Of a stretch of 64,000 nt of DNA, positions 12,942 through 27,245 are shown one piece after another. The DNA lies in assembly GCF_009914755.1 (NCBI RefSeq), contig NC_060925.1; one strand, written 5' to 3'. The notes under the pieces are model-generated. The model was not told the DNA's origin, searched no databases, and worked only from the letters and a program-made list of their open reading frames with translations. The position numbers and the translations under genes were made by a program. The stretch is from the human T2T-CHM13v2.0 reference genome, Homo sapiens. Position 1 is the stretch's first letter. Every line of letters starts with the position of its first letter.

Positions 12942-14390
12942 TGTGTCTGGAATTGGTGGGTTCTTGGTCTCACTGACTTCAAGAACGAAGCCGCGGACCC
13001 TCGCGGTGAGTGTTACAGCTCTTAAGGTGGCGCATCTGGAGTCTGTCCCTACTGATGTTCAGATGTGTTCGGAGTTTCTTCCTTCTGGTGGGTTAGTGGT
13101 CTTGCTGGGCTCAGGAGTGAAGCTGCAGATCTTTGCGGTGAGTGTTACAGCTCATAAAAGCAGCGTGGACCCAAAGAGTGAGCAGTAGCAAGATTTATTG
13201 CAAAGAGTGAAAGAACAAAGCTTCCACAGTGTGGAAGGGGACCCGAGCAGGTTGCCAATGCTGGCTCGGCAGCCTGCTTTTATTCTCTTATCTGGCCCCA
13301 CCCACATCCTGCTGACTGGTAGAGCCGAGTGGCCTGTTTTGTCAGGGCGCTGATTGGTGCGTTTACAATCCCTGAGCTAGATACAAAGGTTCTCCACGTC
13401 CCCATCAGATTAGTTAGATACAGAGTTTCCACACACAGGTTCTCCAAGGCCCCACCAGAGCAGCTAGATACAGAGTGTCGATTGGTGCATTCACAAACCT
13501 TGAGCTAAACACAGGGTGCTGATTGGTGTGTTTACAAACCTTGAGCTAGATACAGAGTGCCGATTGGTGTATTTACAATCCCTGAGCTAGACATAAAGGT
13601 TCTCCACGTCCCCACCAGAGCAGCTAGATACAGAGTGTCGATTGGTGCACTCACAAACCTTGAGCTAAACACAGGGTGCTGATTGGTGTATTTACAATCC
13701 CTGAGCTAGATATAAAGACTCTCCACGTCCCCACCAGACTCAGGAGCCCAGCTGGCTTCACCTAGTGGATCCCGCACCAGCGCTGCAGGTGGAACTGCCT
13801 GCCAGTCCTGCGCCGTACGCTCGCATTCCTCAGCCCTTGGGTGGTCGATGGGAGTGGACGCCGCGGAGCAGGGGGTGGTGCTCATCGGGGAGGCTCGGGC
13901 CTCACAGGAGCCCATGGAGTGGGTGGGAGGCTCAGGCATAGCGGGCTGCAGGTCCTGAGCCCTGCCCCGCGGGAAGGCAGCTAAGGCCCGGAGAGAAATT
14001 GAGCGCAGCGCTGGTGGGCTGGCACTGCTGGGGGACCCAGTACACCCTCCGCAGCCACTGGCCTGGGTGCTAAGCCCCTCATTGCCCGGGGCCAGCAGGG
14101 CTGGCTGGCTGCTCCGAGTGCGGGGCCCACCAAGCCCACGGCCACCCGGAACTCCAGCTGGCCCGCAAGCGCCGCACGCAGCCCCGGTTCCCGCTCGCGC
14201 CTCTCCCTCCACACCTCCCTTCAAGCTGAGGGAGTGGGCTCCGGCCTTGGCCAGCCCAGAAAGGGGCTCCCACAGTGCAGTGGGGGGGGATGAAGGGCTC
14301 CTCAAATGCCACCAAAGTGGGAGCCCAGGCAGGGGAGGTGCCAAGAGCAAGCGAGGGCTCTGAGGACTGCCAGCACGCTGTCACCTCTCA
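12942..14390 (-). mobile_element. LTR12C (ERV9) solitary LTR, full length (1449 bp)
   Basis: Termini tgtgtctggaattggtgggttcttggtctcactgacttcaag ... cagcacgctgtcacctctca; 4-bp TSD ctcg/cttg; CpG-rich U3; tandem enhancer repeats. Confidence 0.97.
13250..13730 (-). promoter_or_regulatory. ERV9 LTR enhancer/promoter: tandem CCAAT/GATA repeats and AATAAAA TATA-like box
   Basis: Six GATTGG (CCAAT on -) and about six ctagata/ttagata motifs in ~40-bp repeats; ttttatt at 13278-13284; LTR poly(A) signal tttatt at ~13194-13199. Confidence 0.75.
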
Positions 14391-14519
14391 CTTGTGACAT
14401 ATATTTTAAGGCATTATCTCTAGTTTAATGTCATCTAAACTAAGGTTGTACATATATAGTAAATAGTGTATATTTATAGTTCCATAATATTATAATACTG
14501 AAGGATACTAAGTAACATA

Positions 14520-14565
14520 AATATATATGTATATATCAGTTATTTTATATATATATATATATATC
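14520..14565. repeat. (TA)n-rich tract
   Basis: atatatatgtatatatc...tatatatatatatatatat. Confidence 0.85.
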
Positions 14566-14615
14566 CTTGTTTATCTCTAAAATAAAATCCCACAGAAAGT
14601 CATCAACAAACATAG

Positions 14616-15317
14616 CATAAATTAAAAAGAAAATACTAAGCCCTCCACTAACTGAATGGACCCCCTCTTGACCCATGAGATCCCAGAGAAACCTTAAATG
14701 CTGAGTTCCTGGCTACGATGGGAAGGGAGGTCAGACACGTTTTGTTATACCATCTCTCTTTCGGAGTTTAGACACAACTGACCACAATTAAGGTTAAAAT
14801 GTAGATAAAAGACTGACAAAACAGACTCTTTGTGGCAATAAGGTATCATATTATAAACAAAACTTAAGGCCATGCAAGGCAGGGGTAAGTCACACTTGTA
14901 GGACATCAGTCTTGCTAAATAGGTCATTTTGACCCAGTATATTGTGGCTGAATCTGACATAACATTCTTATCTCAACTTAAACATTCCTTTCTGCTGACT
15001 CCAAGTTTTAGACAGAGCCTTATTCCTTTAACCAATTACAAATGAAATAATCTCTGAATCCACCCAAAATCTGTAAGCCCTGCTTCAAGATATGTCACCT
15101 TTTCAAGCCAAACCAATGTCTAACCTCCATGTATTGATTTATGTCTTTACCTGTAACTTCTGCCTCCCTGAAATATATAAAAAACCAAACTGTAACCTGA
15201 CCAACTTGGGACCACTTACACAGGCTTTTTGAGTTTGTCTTTTCTGCAGGCTGTGATCACTCAGATTGGCTCAGAATAAACCTCTTTAGAATATTTTACA
15301 TAGTTTTTCCATGAACA
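14616..15317 (+). mobile_element. MER4-group ERV1 solo LTR (MER4B/MER4E-like)
   Basis: aaaatactaagccctccactaactgaatggaccccctcttg...gggaagggaggtcagacac...ggctcagaataaacctcttt...aca; flanks atag/ataa. Confidence 0.85.
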
Positions 15318-15399
15318 ATAAAAAGAAAAGAAGACATAATTTCTGGTGTATAAAATGAAGACAAATAGCCAAGCAAAGACTAATTTGAAACTTACAAGA

Positions 15400-15870
15400 G
15401 AAAAGTAGGGGGAAAAGAGAATAGCACAAACAGCATGAGCACAGTTAGGACATAACAGGTTGGGGTGGTGGGAGAAATTTTCCTGGAGTGATCTGAGTTT
15501 TAAGATTAAAGCAATGCATGTCATACTCCACACAAACATTGAAAACGTCCATTACCTGATAATTATCCAGAGAAGGGACTCTTGGTAACAGTAGGGCAGT
15601 TCTGAAGCAGATGGAACAATAAATGCAAAAGACCAGATATAGGAATGAATGGATAATTTGAGAGACAGAGAGAATAAATTAGTAAGTTAATAGGCTGGAC
15701 CATAGTACACAAAAGGATAATTAGTAATAGATGAGGCTATGGAGTAATATGTGTCACATTAATAAGTGTCCTTCTAATCCTAAAGGCAATGAGAAATCTT
15801 AGGAGGGCTTTAATCAAGAAGAGAAATTAGACATATTTTAGAAAGTATATTATGGCTACAATGAACAAAA
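15400..15870 (-). mobile_element. L2 remnant
   Basis: Purine-rich L2-like tract (atcctaaaggcaatgagaaatcttaggagggctttaatcaag...tggctacaatg). Confidence 0.55.
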
Positions 15871-16700
15871 AATGTACTGGACTTCTGGCTTCCCTGTGGG
15901 ATGCCGAAGGCTGAAACATATCACGATGTTAAAACAACAAGAAAAAATATCTGACGTTCTCAAGATTTATAATTTTTCTTGAGCCTATTAGAGAACTGAG
16001 ACCATAGGACAACTAATTGATGTGGAATCTAAGAAAAGACAATCATTTCTAAGAAGAAAAGGGAAGCAACCACTTGTTTAACTGGGGAAGATGCTGTTGG
16101 ACACTAGTAAGAAAAATTCAGCTAAACCTTTTAACAAATATTAAAAGCTGAATGGAGGCTAAGAAGAGAATATAAAAGCCCTGAGGTCAAGACACAAGGG
16201 GAATTTGCATGCAGTCAGAGGTTCTTTTTCTCAGGCCTTACAAAAAAGATTGGAAAAATTTCTGAAAAAGTTTCCTTCATGGTACAGACTAGGGGGTTGA
16301 AAAAACAGCCACTATAATAAAGGTAGGAAATCTCACCTAGATCCTTTCTACCTATCTCTCTGAAAGAAGAAAACACTGAAACTCCTGAGGGAAGGGTCAA
16401 CATTATTGTCCTTAGGGCACCCCTGAAAACCATTTTCAGCTAGGTAAAGGGAAGGCTAAAAAAATCCTCTACTGCAAGAACAGTGGCAGGAAATTGTGCT
16501 GGATCTAAACCTACAGCTCTAGGTAAGGCAGGACCACTGAGCAGCCCCATTCCTAAGATCCGTGGACACAGTCCTGGGACTGAGGTTGAATTAGAAAAAG
16601 AGAGAACACTCACCTTTCTGCACCTCAGTAGGCTACAAGGTTTGTGTAACAGTTAACAGTAGTCTGCAGGACAAGTAGCAAGGAAAGAGGCAATAGTATG

Positions 16701-17139
16701 TGATATAGTTTGTATATTTGTCCTTGCCCAAGTCTCATGTTCAACTGTAATTCCCGGTGTTGGAGGTAAGACTGGTGGGAGGTGATTGGATCATGGGGGT
16801 GGATTTCTCATGAATGCTAAACCATTCATAGTACCATCGTTTTGGTGCTGTCCTCCCAATAGTGAGAGAATTCTCAGGAGACCTGGTCATTTAAAGATAT
16901 GTGGAATCCCCCTTCCACTCTCTCTTCCTTTATCTTGCTTTTGCCATGTGACTTGCCTGCTCCCCCTTCACCTTCTACAATGATTGTAAGCTTCCTGAAG
17001 CCTCCCTAGAAGCTGAGCAGATGCCAGCATGGTGCTTCATATAAAACCTGAAGAACTGTGAGCAAATTAATCCTCTTTACTTTATAAATTACTCAGTCTC
17101 AGGTCTTTCTTTATTTCAATGCAAGAATGGCCTAATACA
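16701..17139 (+). mobile_element. MSTA (MaLR) solo LTR
   Basis: tgatatagtttg...ggaggtgattggatcatggggg...gcaagaatggcctaataca with perfect 5-bp TSD GTATG. Confidence 0.95.
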
Positions 17140-17226
17140 GTATGGAAAGTGATCCTTTCTTGGTTCATTTAGTATAAATCATAGAAATGAATCTGGAGTC
17201 TAGTTCAACTCCTACCCATTTGCAGA

Positions 17227-17229
17227 GTG

Positions 17230-17271
<42 letters not shown>

Positions 17272-17355
17272 AAATGTGTGTGTGTATAAACAATTTTGTG
17301 TGTATACACAAAATGCGCATATAAAATGTGCGTGTGTGTGTGTGTGTATACACAA
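17227..17355. repeat. (CA)n ... (TG)n compound inverted microsatellite
   Basis: Long (CA)n followed by several (TG)n blocks and tgtgtatacaca palindromes. Confidence 0.9.
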
Positions 17356-19569
17356 TTTCCTCAGTTTTTCCATACCAATAGCAAACTTGCTTTCAACAAC
17401 AACAAAAATAAGGCATACAGGAAATCAAGAAAAAAGACTTGTAAGAGACATGGCAAACTGAAGGAACTAGATCCAGATATAACATAGATGATGGAGTTTA
17501 TCAGACAGAAAAGCTAAAATAAATATCATTAATGTGCTACATTGTCTACTGGAAAAGTGGACAATATACATGACCAGATAAGTAATTTCAGCAGACAGGT
17601 AAAAAGTATAAGGAAGGATCAAAGGAAATGCTAGAAAACCAAAAACAGATTAATAAAGCAGAACCGCTTGGAAAGGTTAATTTGTAAACTTGAAACAGTC
17701 AAGGAAGGAATCAGTGAAATTGAAGAATGATTAAAGAATTTATCCAAATTCAAATGCAAGGAGAAAATAAAAAGAGAGAAAATAGAGCATTCAAGAGGTA
17801 CTGGACAATATCAAACAGTCTAACATAGGTATAAATAGAATTCCAGAAAGAAAACTGGCCAGGAAAAATATTTGAAATAATGGTTGACAAGTTTCCAGAA
17901 TTGACAGCCATAAAACTATAATGGGCCAAGAAAACATAAAGCTGAATAAAAACCAAACCAAAACAGAATACAAACAAGCCCTAGATATATGATATTTAAA
18001 CTTTTAAAAAATAAAGACAAAGACAAAAAATCTTAAAGCAGTCAGAAGAAAAGAACCACCATATAAACAAGGAAAAAAAGATACAAATCATAGTAGTTTT
18101 CAACAAAAACGCTTCAAGCCTGATGATAATACAGTGACATCTTTAATGTGCTGAAACAAAAAATAGTATCTGTCAACAAGAATTCCATACCAAGTGAAGA
18201 TAATTTTTAATAACAAAAAAGAAATACAGATTTTTTTTAGAAAACAAAAACTGAGACAATGCATTATCAGAAGTTCTGCATTACAATAAATGTTAAAGAA
18301 AGTTCTCCAGGCAGAAAGAATACAACACCAGAGAGAAATGTGGGCCTACAAGAAGAAATGACAAGTACTGGAAATGTAATAAATAAAGATAAGTATGCAT
18401 GCCTTTTCAAAGAAAATGTAACTGCTCTATAACATAACTGTGTAAACACACAGTGTCTTGTGTATTAAAAGCATATATGAAGGCAAAATGTGTTACAAAA
18501 CAAGCATTAAGGATAGAAAGGAAGAATTATAAGTATAATCTTCTAAGATTATTATACTATAAGTGAAACAATATTATATTATTTGTGGTACACACTAATG
18601 AATTAAAGAAGTATATTACAAAATGTAGGGCAATCATTAAATTTTTTAAAAGCCATAAAAATTAAGCCAATACTGTAGGTAAAGCAGAATCATAAAATAT
18701 ATTTAATAGAAAGGAAGGAATAAAAGCATTTTTTAAAGAGAGTGAACAAACAGAAAATTAGAAAGTTTATTTAATCATTTGAAAATTACAACAAATTTAT
18801 AAGGTTTAAACACATCAATTAAAGGAATTGTGAGATTGGCTAAAAAGTAAAAAAATAAAATAACCACTGTAAATATAAAGGCAGGGTTACACTAAAGATA
18901 AAAAGATGGAAAAAACATAATCAAAGCATATAGTATTCAAAAGGAAGTTGGAGAAGTTTCAATAAAATTTCACAAAGTAGATTTCAAATCAAGTAATATT
19001 GGCAAGAAAAATGAAGAATATTACATAATGACAAAAGAGTCAATTTATAAGAAGATATAAAGTCATAAATGTGTGTATACCTAACAAAAGTGCTCAAATA
19101 CATTAATTGAAAACTGATAGGACTTAAAGTAGAAACAGACAAAACCAGGAGTATAGTATAGGGTTCAACATTCCTCTTTCAGTAACTGATAGAAGTAAAC
19201 AAGAAATAATAATACTTGAGCACAATGAAAATTATGACTTCTGTAGGAATTTTGGTAGAAACATGCAAGTTGAATCTAGAATTTATATGGAAAGCCAAAG
19301 AAAATAAACCATCCAACACAATTTTGAAATAAAGGAATAAAGTTTGACACCTCATAGTATCTGATTTCTAACCTACTAAATCTAGAATAGTTAAGTGGTT
19401 CTGGAGACAGGGAAAATATATAGATTAATATAACAGAATTGAGTTCTGACATAGACCTACACATATGCAGTCAATTGATTTTCAATGAAGGTGCAATGAC
19501 CACTCAAGGGAAAATAATTTTTTAATACATTATGCTAAAGAAATTGGGTATCCATTAAAAAACATTGTC

Positions 19570-19860
<291 letters not shown>

Positions 19861-20256
19861 AAAAACATTGTGACTGATCTTTTGCAGCCTGATTAAGATC
19901 AATGCATCGTAGACCTAAATGTAAACCTAAAACTATAAAATTTCCAGAAAAAAACACTGGAGAAAATCTTCATGATCATGAGTTAGGAAAATATTTCTCA
20001 GACAAGGTACTAAAAGCATGATTTATAAAAGAAAAAAATGACAAATTGAACTTCATCAAATCTGAGAACTAGTTTTTGAGAGACACCATGAAGAGAATGA
20101 AAACTATGAGATAAAAATGAGAGAAAATATTTGAAAATCACATATCTGATAAAGGATTTGTGTCTAGAATATACTATTACCCAAAGTCAGTAGTTTAGGG
20201 TTCACTTTTGCTGTTGCACATTTTGTAGGTATAATAACATATATTCACCATTATAA

Positions 20257-20477
<221 letters not shown>

Positions 20478-20487
20478 CATACAGAGT

Positions 20488-20974
<487 letters not shown>

Positions 20975-21628
20975 TAAGTGATATGCATTTAAGAATTCTC
21001 CATATTTTTTAATGGCTCATTTCTTTTTAGCACTGAATAATATTCCATTGTCTGGATGTACCACAGCTTACTTAACTACTTACCTGTGGAATGACATCTT
21101 GTTTGCTTCAAGGCTTTGACAATTATGAATAAAGCTGCTATAAACATCTTGTGCAAGATTTTGTGTGGACATAAATTTTCAACTCCTTTGTGTACATATC
21201 AAGGAATATAACTGCTAGATCATATGGTAATAGTAAGTTTAGTTTTGCAATAAACTGCCAAACTGCTTTCCAAAGTGGCTGTGCCTTTTGCATTCTCACC
21301 AGCAAGAAATGAGGGTCAGCATTGCTCCATGTCATTGCCAGAATTTGGTGTTTCCAGTATTCTGGATTTTGGCCATTCTAATGGATGTATGGTGGGATCC
21401 TCTATTTAATTTGCATTTCCCTTATAACATATGATTCGAGCATCTTTTTATGTGCTTACTTACCATCTGTATATCTTCTTTTGTGAGGTATCTGTTAAAG
21501 TCGTTGACTCACTTTCTTAATTGGGTTGTTTGTTTTCTTATTGTTAAGCATTATATTTTCAATATGTTAAATTTTGCCTAAATGCTTCTTTCATAATATT
21601 TAAAGGTTTGTTCAGAAGGAGGTTCTGT

Positions 21629-21655
21629 GGAGAGAGAGAGAGAGAAAGAAAGAGA
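21629..21655. repeat. (GA)n microsatellite
   Basis: gagagagagagagagagaaagaaagaga. Confidence 0.85.
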
Positions 21656-21856
21656 ACACAAAAGAAAGATCAGTAGTATGCTTTAAAAAAATCTAATTTT
21701 TCCTAAAGCAGAGTCACAAAATAATGCTAAAAGGAAATGGGAATATGCAAAAAGTAAAAGAACTAAGAACAGCTGGTTTTTCTGTTGTTGAGACTACATG
21801 GTAAAGTTTTCCTTTTGTTTTTGGAGGGTAATATGATTAATAATATTTAAACATAC

Positions 21857-23051
21857 TGTCACAGGATCCTTAGGGTATCACTTCCCCAGCCAGAAACCTC
21901 TGTGGCTGGCAGTTTCTGTGCTTAAGTTTTGCTTGTGCCCGCTGGGCTCATTCTACCCACTCGGCCCAACAGGCTGCACTTGGCTCATGCTACCGGCCTG
22001 GATCCCATGCCTACCAAGGGCAAGCCAGGCTTGGAGTGGCAAGGGGTGTGTGAGTGAATGAACACAAGATCTGGTCACTGGGCACAGCCAGGCACGCTGG
22101 CAGCCGTGGCAGGGCAGGCAGCTCCAGGTGCTGGCACAGATGTCGGCTCCCTCTGAGGCTATATCTGGACCAGACAAATCGCAAGTGGCTTCTGCATGTG
22201 ATTGCTAAAAAGCAACTGGATGAGGGGAACATGGTGGTGCCCAAAATCTCAGAGACACCAGGAACTGCAGAGCCCCAAAAAGGGTGTTACAGCATGTCAC
22301 ACCCTGGCTCAGGGAGCCCTGAGTTCTGGGCTCCCAGAAGAGCCATAGCTTTTGTCTCCTTCTCATTGCCTGCAGCCAGTGACCTGGAGTTTCACGGCGC
22401 TGTGTTTCAGCCTGTTTTTGTTATAGCTCTTTCAGTCCCACCTCACCACTCTGGCCCATGGCTCCTGGGCTGGCCTGGCTCAACTACTGTTTCCCATCAT
22501 GTCGGGTAGCTACCCAGCGCTGGCAGAGAACAGGAGGGATATAGTGTTATAGCCCCCTTAGCTCCCACCTGCAGCTAAGCAAGCCAGCCAGGAAAGTGTT
22601 ACAACCACTTTAGCTCCTGCCATTTGGCAGGTCCCCAGTTCTTGTCCCACGTCCAGGAAGAATGAGGCTATACAGACAACTGGTGGGTAAGCAAGTAGGA
22701 GAGGAGATTTATTTAGCTTCAGAACAGCTCTCAGTGGAGAGGAGACCCAAAGTGGATAGCTCCTATCTGTAGGCACATTGTCCTGAGGAGTGTCTGAGTC
22801 TGGCTGAATCCAGGGGTTTTTATGGACTTAGAATGGAGGAAGTGCATACTCATTGGGCAGTGGGCAGGAATGGAGAAAGCACCACTTGATTGGGCAAAAG
22901 GCAACAAGGAAGTTCTTGCTCCAGGTTGCGGACTTCACCCGGAACTGGTAGCCCGGCCCCCAGGCTTTAGGCTGTCCCTGGCTTGAAGGTGAGGTTCACA
23001 AGGGACCTGTCTCTTCCCACCTAGAAAATTGTCTGTGTCCCACTACCATCA
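21857..23051 (-). mobile_element. ERV1 solo LTR of the MER52/LTR27/LTR28 group (1195 bp)
   Basis: tgtcacaggatcc...cttccccagccagaaacctctgtggc ... cactaccatca; TG..CA termini with perfect 4-bp TSD ATAC; GC-rich. Confidence 0.9.
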
Positions 23052-23584
23052 ATACCACATAAAATTTAATTGTTGAATATTCAAAACAACAATGTTGGGT
23101 TTTTGCTTAGAAGCCAATTTAAACCTAAAAAGCACAAATAGGTAGTAAAATATTGCATGCCATAACCTTAGGTGTCATATGCAAATAATCTTTTATAATT
23201 TTATTTTTTTCACCCTCCAGCAAGTAATTTTGTAATGATCTGAGGTCATTCATCCAGATACCAGGAATTGGCACTAATTTTCACATGCCTAAATATTGGA
23301 GTTAGCACAAGAATTTCTTTCTGACTTGCAATTTCACTTTTAAAATGAAACTTTTCTTCCTAAATATTTTCTTGTTTTCTTTAGGATGATTGCCATGAGG
23401 CATCATATAATTGCTTTCTTGACTCTTTAACCTTCTTTTAGAATCTAAAACCTAAAACCTGCAGAGTCCCCAGTGTACCTTTCTTACCGAAATGCTACTG
23501 CTTAGAGTGCTTTAGCAGCTGGACCTAAAACCTAATGATCAGACAAAATAAGATCACAGCCTACCTGAAGGGGCAAATAGTGAA

Positions 23585-24175
23585 AATTTACTAAAAAGTT
23601 TAGAGCAGAAATGAAAAGAAGTGGGGTCCACTTGGAAGAGGGCCAAGCAGGTGACTTGAGAGATTAAAGTGCATGGCATGGTTTGACCTCTGGCTTGGGG
23701 TCTTATACTTTGGCATGCTTCCTGGGTTGCGTCCCTTTTCCGCTTATTCTTCTCTTGCGGTGGGCTGTCCACATGTGGCCTGATAGCACTTGGGACGGGA
23801 CACATGCACAATGTGTTTTCTGAAATTGTGCACATACTCACTTAAGGCATTTTCCCCTTAACCAGTCAAGTGTTCCCAGAGAAAGGTCATATACTATATG
23901 CCAGTTAAACTCTGCCATTTTGCCTCTTAGTGTGCATGCTTGAGACCACTTGCCCAACTCCTGAGATCTTATCAGGAAGCTACTTATCACCAGTGTCAAG
24001 TGTTTTCTATCTATTGGGAGACTGCCTTTCCCTGGCACTGGCTGTGACCAGTTTTTATTTTAGAGACTGTTCTAAATAAGCCACCTGACTATCACCTCAT
24101 GGTCACCTGACATTCCTGGTGGTCATAGGGCCTTCTCCTGCCCTGCTTATGTCTGAGTAACTACCTACTGTAACA
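23585..24175 (-). mobile_element. MER50 LTR (3'-truncated)
   Basis: Minus-strand start tgttacagtaggtagttactcagacataagcagggcaggagaagg; cacttggaagagggccaagcagg. Confidence 0.85.
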
Positions 24176-24253
24176 CTTCAGGAAAACAGAAAGACAGTAA
24201 CATGTATTGTACAAACAGCATTTATGCAAGTTAAATATACACAAAAACAATAC

Positions 24254-24882
24254 ATTTTATTCCTAGATAAGATAGCTGCAAAGATAAAAATGCTACATAC
24301 CGCCCTCACAATTTTCTCACAAGGAGATTTCTTGTGGGCCTCAAGCTCTTTACTCTAAAACAATTCTGTTGAATTTTACCTTGGTAGTATAAACTGATAA
24401 TTTATCTTCACAAGTAAAGCCAGACAAAGGATGAACAGAATTGAGTCATCCCCCTGCTCACTTGAGACAAATGCATATTGAAATGCTTCCTCTTTCTTAT
24501 TGTTTATGTAAAAATGCAGATTCACTGAGCCAGACTAAGGCATTAGTGAGTATTCTTCTACCTCCCTCTCACATGTAAATTGTGTATCCAGTAAAAAGCT
24601 GATCAAAGATTCAAAAGAATGCAACAATTTGTCTCTCATCTATCTATTACCTGGAAGCTCCCCTTTGAGTTGTTCTGCGTTTCAGACAGAACTGAAGTAC
24701 ATCTTACACATATTGATTGATGTCTCATGTCTCCTTAAAATGCATAAAACCAGCTATCCCATGACCACTTTGGGCACATGTCATCAAGATCTCCTGAGGC
24801 TGTGTCATGGTTGCATCCTTAGCCTTAATAAAATAAACTTTCTAAATTGATCGAGACCTGTTTTAGATGCTTTTGGTTCACA
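24254..24882 (+). mobile_element. MER4A-like LTR (5'-truncated)
   Basis: tattcctagataagatagc...aaaatgcagattcactgagccagactaagg...aataaactttctaaattgatcgagacctg...ggttcaca. Confidence 0.85.
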
Positions 24883-25049
24883 ACGGGCACAGAATTAGAG
24901 AAGAAAAAAAAAAACTTGCAATTTCAAAGATATACTCTTAAGAATACTTACTGTTTTTTAAAACCACTTTGTCTTACATTTCACTGATTTCATCAGATGA
25001 CTTCCATCAGCATCCATAAACTAGTGTTGAGACCATTCCAGATTAATGT

Positions 25050-25607
25050 TGAAGAGAAGTAAAATATTTTACCCCAAAATATATTTCTTTGAAATATTTT
25101 GAAGTAGCTGCCACTTGGCCATCCTGACAGAAGTGGCCTTGCAAAGCTGTCTTAAGTGAGGGAAATTTGCATCTGTAGAGAATCTCCATTAATGCAGCCA
25201 TACCCCCTACCTCCCTTTCTATGCCTTTCCGAGGATCCAGGAGACACTGACACCTTTTAAAGTTCAAAAAGAAATATTTACCCTATATGCTCTCTCAGGG
25301 AAGCTTCACCAACATCATAAGGCTACCTTTGCTAGCCAAGCTTCTTCCTTTCTCTCTCTCTTAACCTGTCTTGCCACTAAACCTGACTTACTTGTATCTG
25401 GCCATGCTCTTGAGTCTGCATTATTTACTGTGGCCTCAGGATAATATATAAGTTTCTGTATCTCATTGGGCACTTGGGTTTTTATTCTGAGGCACCCTTG
25501 TATACATGTGAAATAAATTTGTATGTTTTTTCTCCTATCAATCAACCTGCCTCATGTCAGTGATGGTTAGCAAATCTTTAGGGGGCCAAGAGCCTATGAA
25601 CCTCACA
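25050..25607 (+). mobile_element. 5' LTR of provirus
   Basis: tgaagagaagtaaaatattttaccccaaaatatatttctttg ... agagcctatgaacctcaca. Confidence 0.92.
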
Positions 25608-25988
25608 GTATAGTGGAACAAGCCAGGCGATTATCAAAACTGCTCTTCCCTTCTGGAAGGTGCAGTGAAGAGAAACCAGGAAGCTGATCTGCTGGCAAAG
25701 GGGTAAAAATTTTTTTACCTGCCAGGCTCCTGGCCTCTCTTTCTCAGTGCACTCCAGCGGAGTGGATGGTAAAAATTACTGTCTCATCTGCAAGGTTTTG
25801 ATTAATGTGACAAAAGGATTTGTATGACTAATCTTGTGTCGTAGTGGCTCTGGTGTACTTTTGGTACTTTGGAATATGAATATTCATATTGTTTGGCCCC
25901 TTTTTGTCTCAGAAAAGGCCTTTTGTTGTTGCCATTTTCCTTTGTCTTTTTGTGTAATTCTGTTGTAAAGAGGAGTACCATAGGGTAG

Positions 25989-26357
<369 letters not shown>

Positions 26358-27164
26358 GACTGCTCATTTTGCAGTTCTTACTAGACCAATGTCTATTAAG
26401 ACAAATGCTGTGGGTCCCTGACATAAAAACTAGATGAGGTTTTCCTTTCATGTTGTTTTATGTCTTGGGAGCTTGACTTTCTGACTCTGTGGGTGTACTC
26501 TTTCTTAGTCTCCACTATCCAGAGGGTGTGAATTTTTCGGTTCATGTCTGAAAGAACTGGGAGTCTGAGACACATAATATTTTAAGGAGCACACTTTTCA
26601 TACTGAACATGTCAAGCTATTAGAGGAGTTTTGTTTTAAAAGGCCCGACATCTGTGGGTCTTTTTTCATCTTTTATATCTTAGGTTTATTTCTGACAATA
26701 AATTTTTGGGCATCATGGGTATGTCTCCTGTATGCCCTCTCTAGTTATATGATAAAAGCATGGAAAATTACCACTGAGGCTTTAAAAAGACTTTTGGATT
26801 AAGTCACTATTGGAATAAATTATACCATTGAAAATTCTAATTGTCAATGGCCAAAAGGTAGATAGAAAATATTTTAGAGATCTCTTATTCTAGACAATTG
26901 ATGGGAAGGTTAAATTCTTAAAAAGACGTATAATAGTGCCATGACTAGCCTTCAGAATTCTCTTGAGAAAAAAAATGTCCATGGTTAAGTCAAACCTTAG
27001 TTAAGGCATATTGGCTTCATTTGGGAGGCTATGTTTGGTAAAGAAGTTCAAAAGGCAGAAAGATCATATGCTTGTCCTTGCTAAAATCTAGTAATAAGGG
27101 ATTCAAAGAATTTTTAAAGAGCTCTATAGTCAAAATATGACTTAATTAAAATGGATATTTAGGA

Positions 27165-27245
27165 CATACATACACACACACGTGTATACACCCACACCCA
27201 CACACACACATATATATCATATAAAATTACATATGACATATATAA
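27165..27245. repeat. (CA)/(TA)-rich low-complexity tract
   Basis: catacatacacacacacgtgtatacacccacacccacacacacacatatatatc. Confidence 0.8.

Noticed and set aside
13330-13730. Regularly spaced repeats resembling a CRISPR array
   Set aside because: These are ERV9 LTR enhancer repeats; there are no unique spacers or cas genes and the DNA is eukaryotic.
13706-14384. 214-aa and overlapping ORFs
   Set aside because: Entirely within GC-rich LTR12C U3; low stop density explains the length and no domain is recognisable.
22054-22509. 151-aa ORF
   Set aside because: Lies inside the GC-rich MER52-group LTR with no coding signature.
25608-25630. Assigning a primer tRNA to the provirus PBS
   Set aside because: Sequence after the 5' LTR (gtatagtggaacaagccagg) is too degraded to assign by eye.
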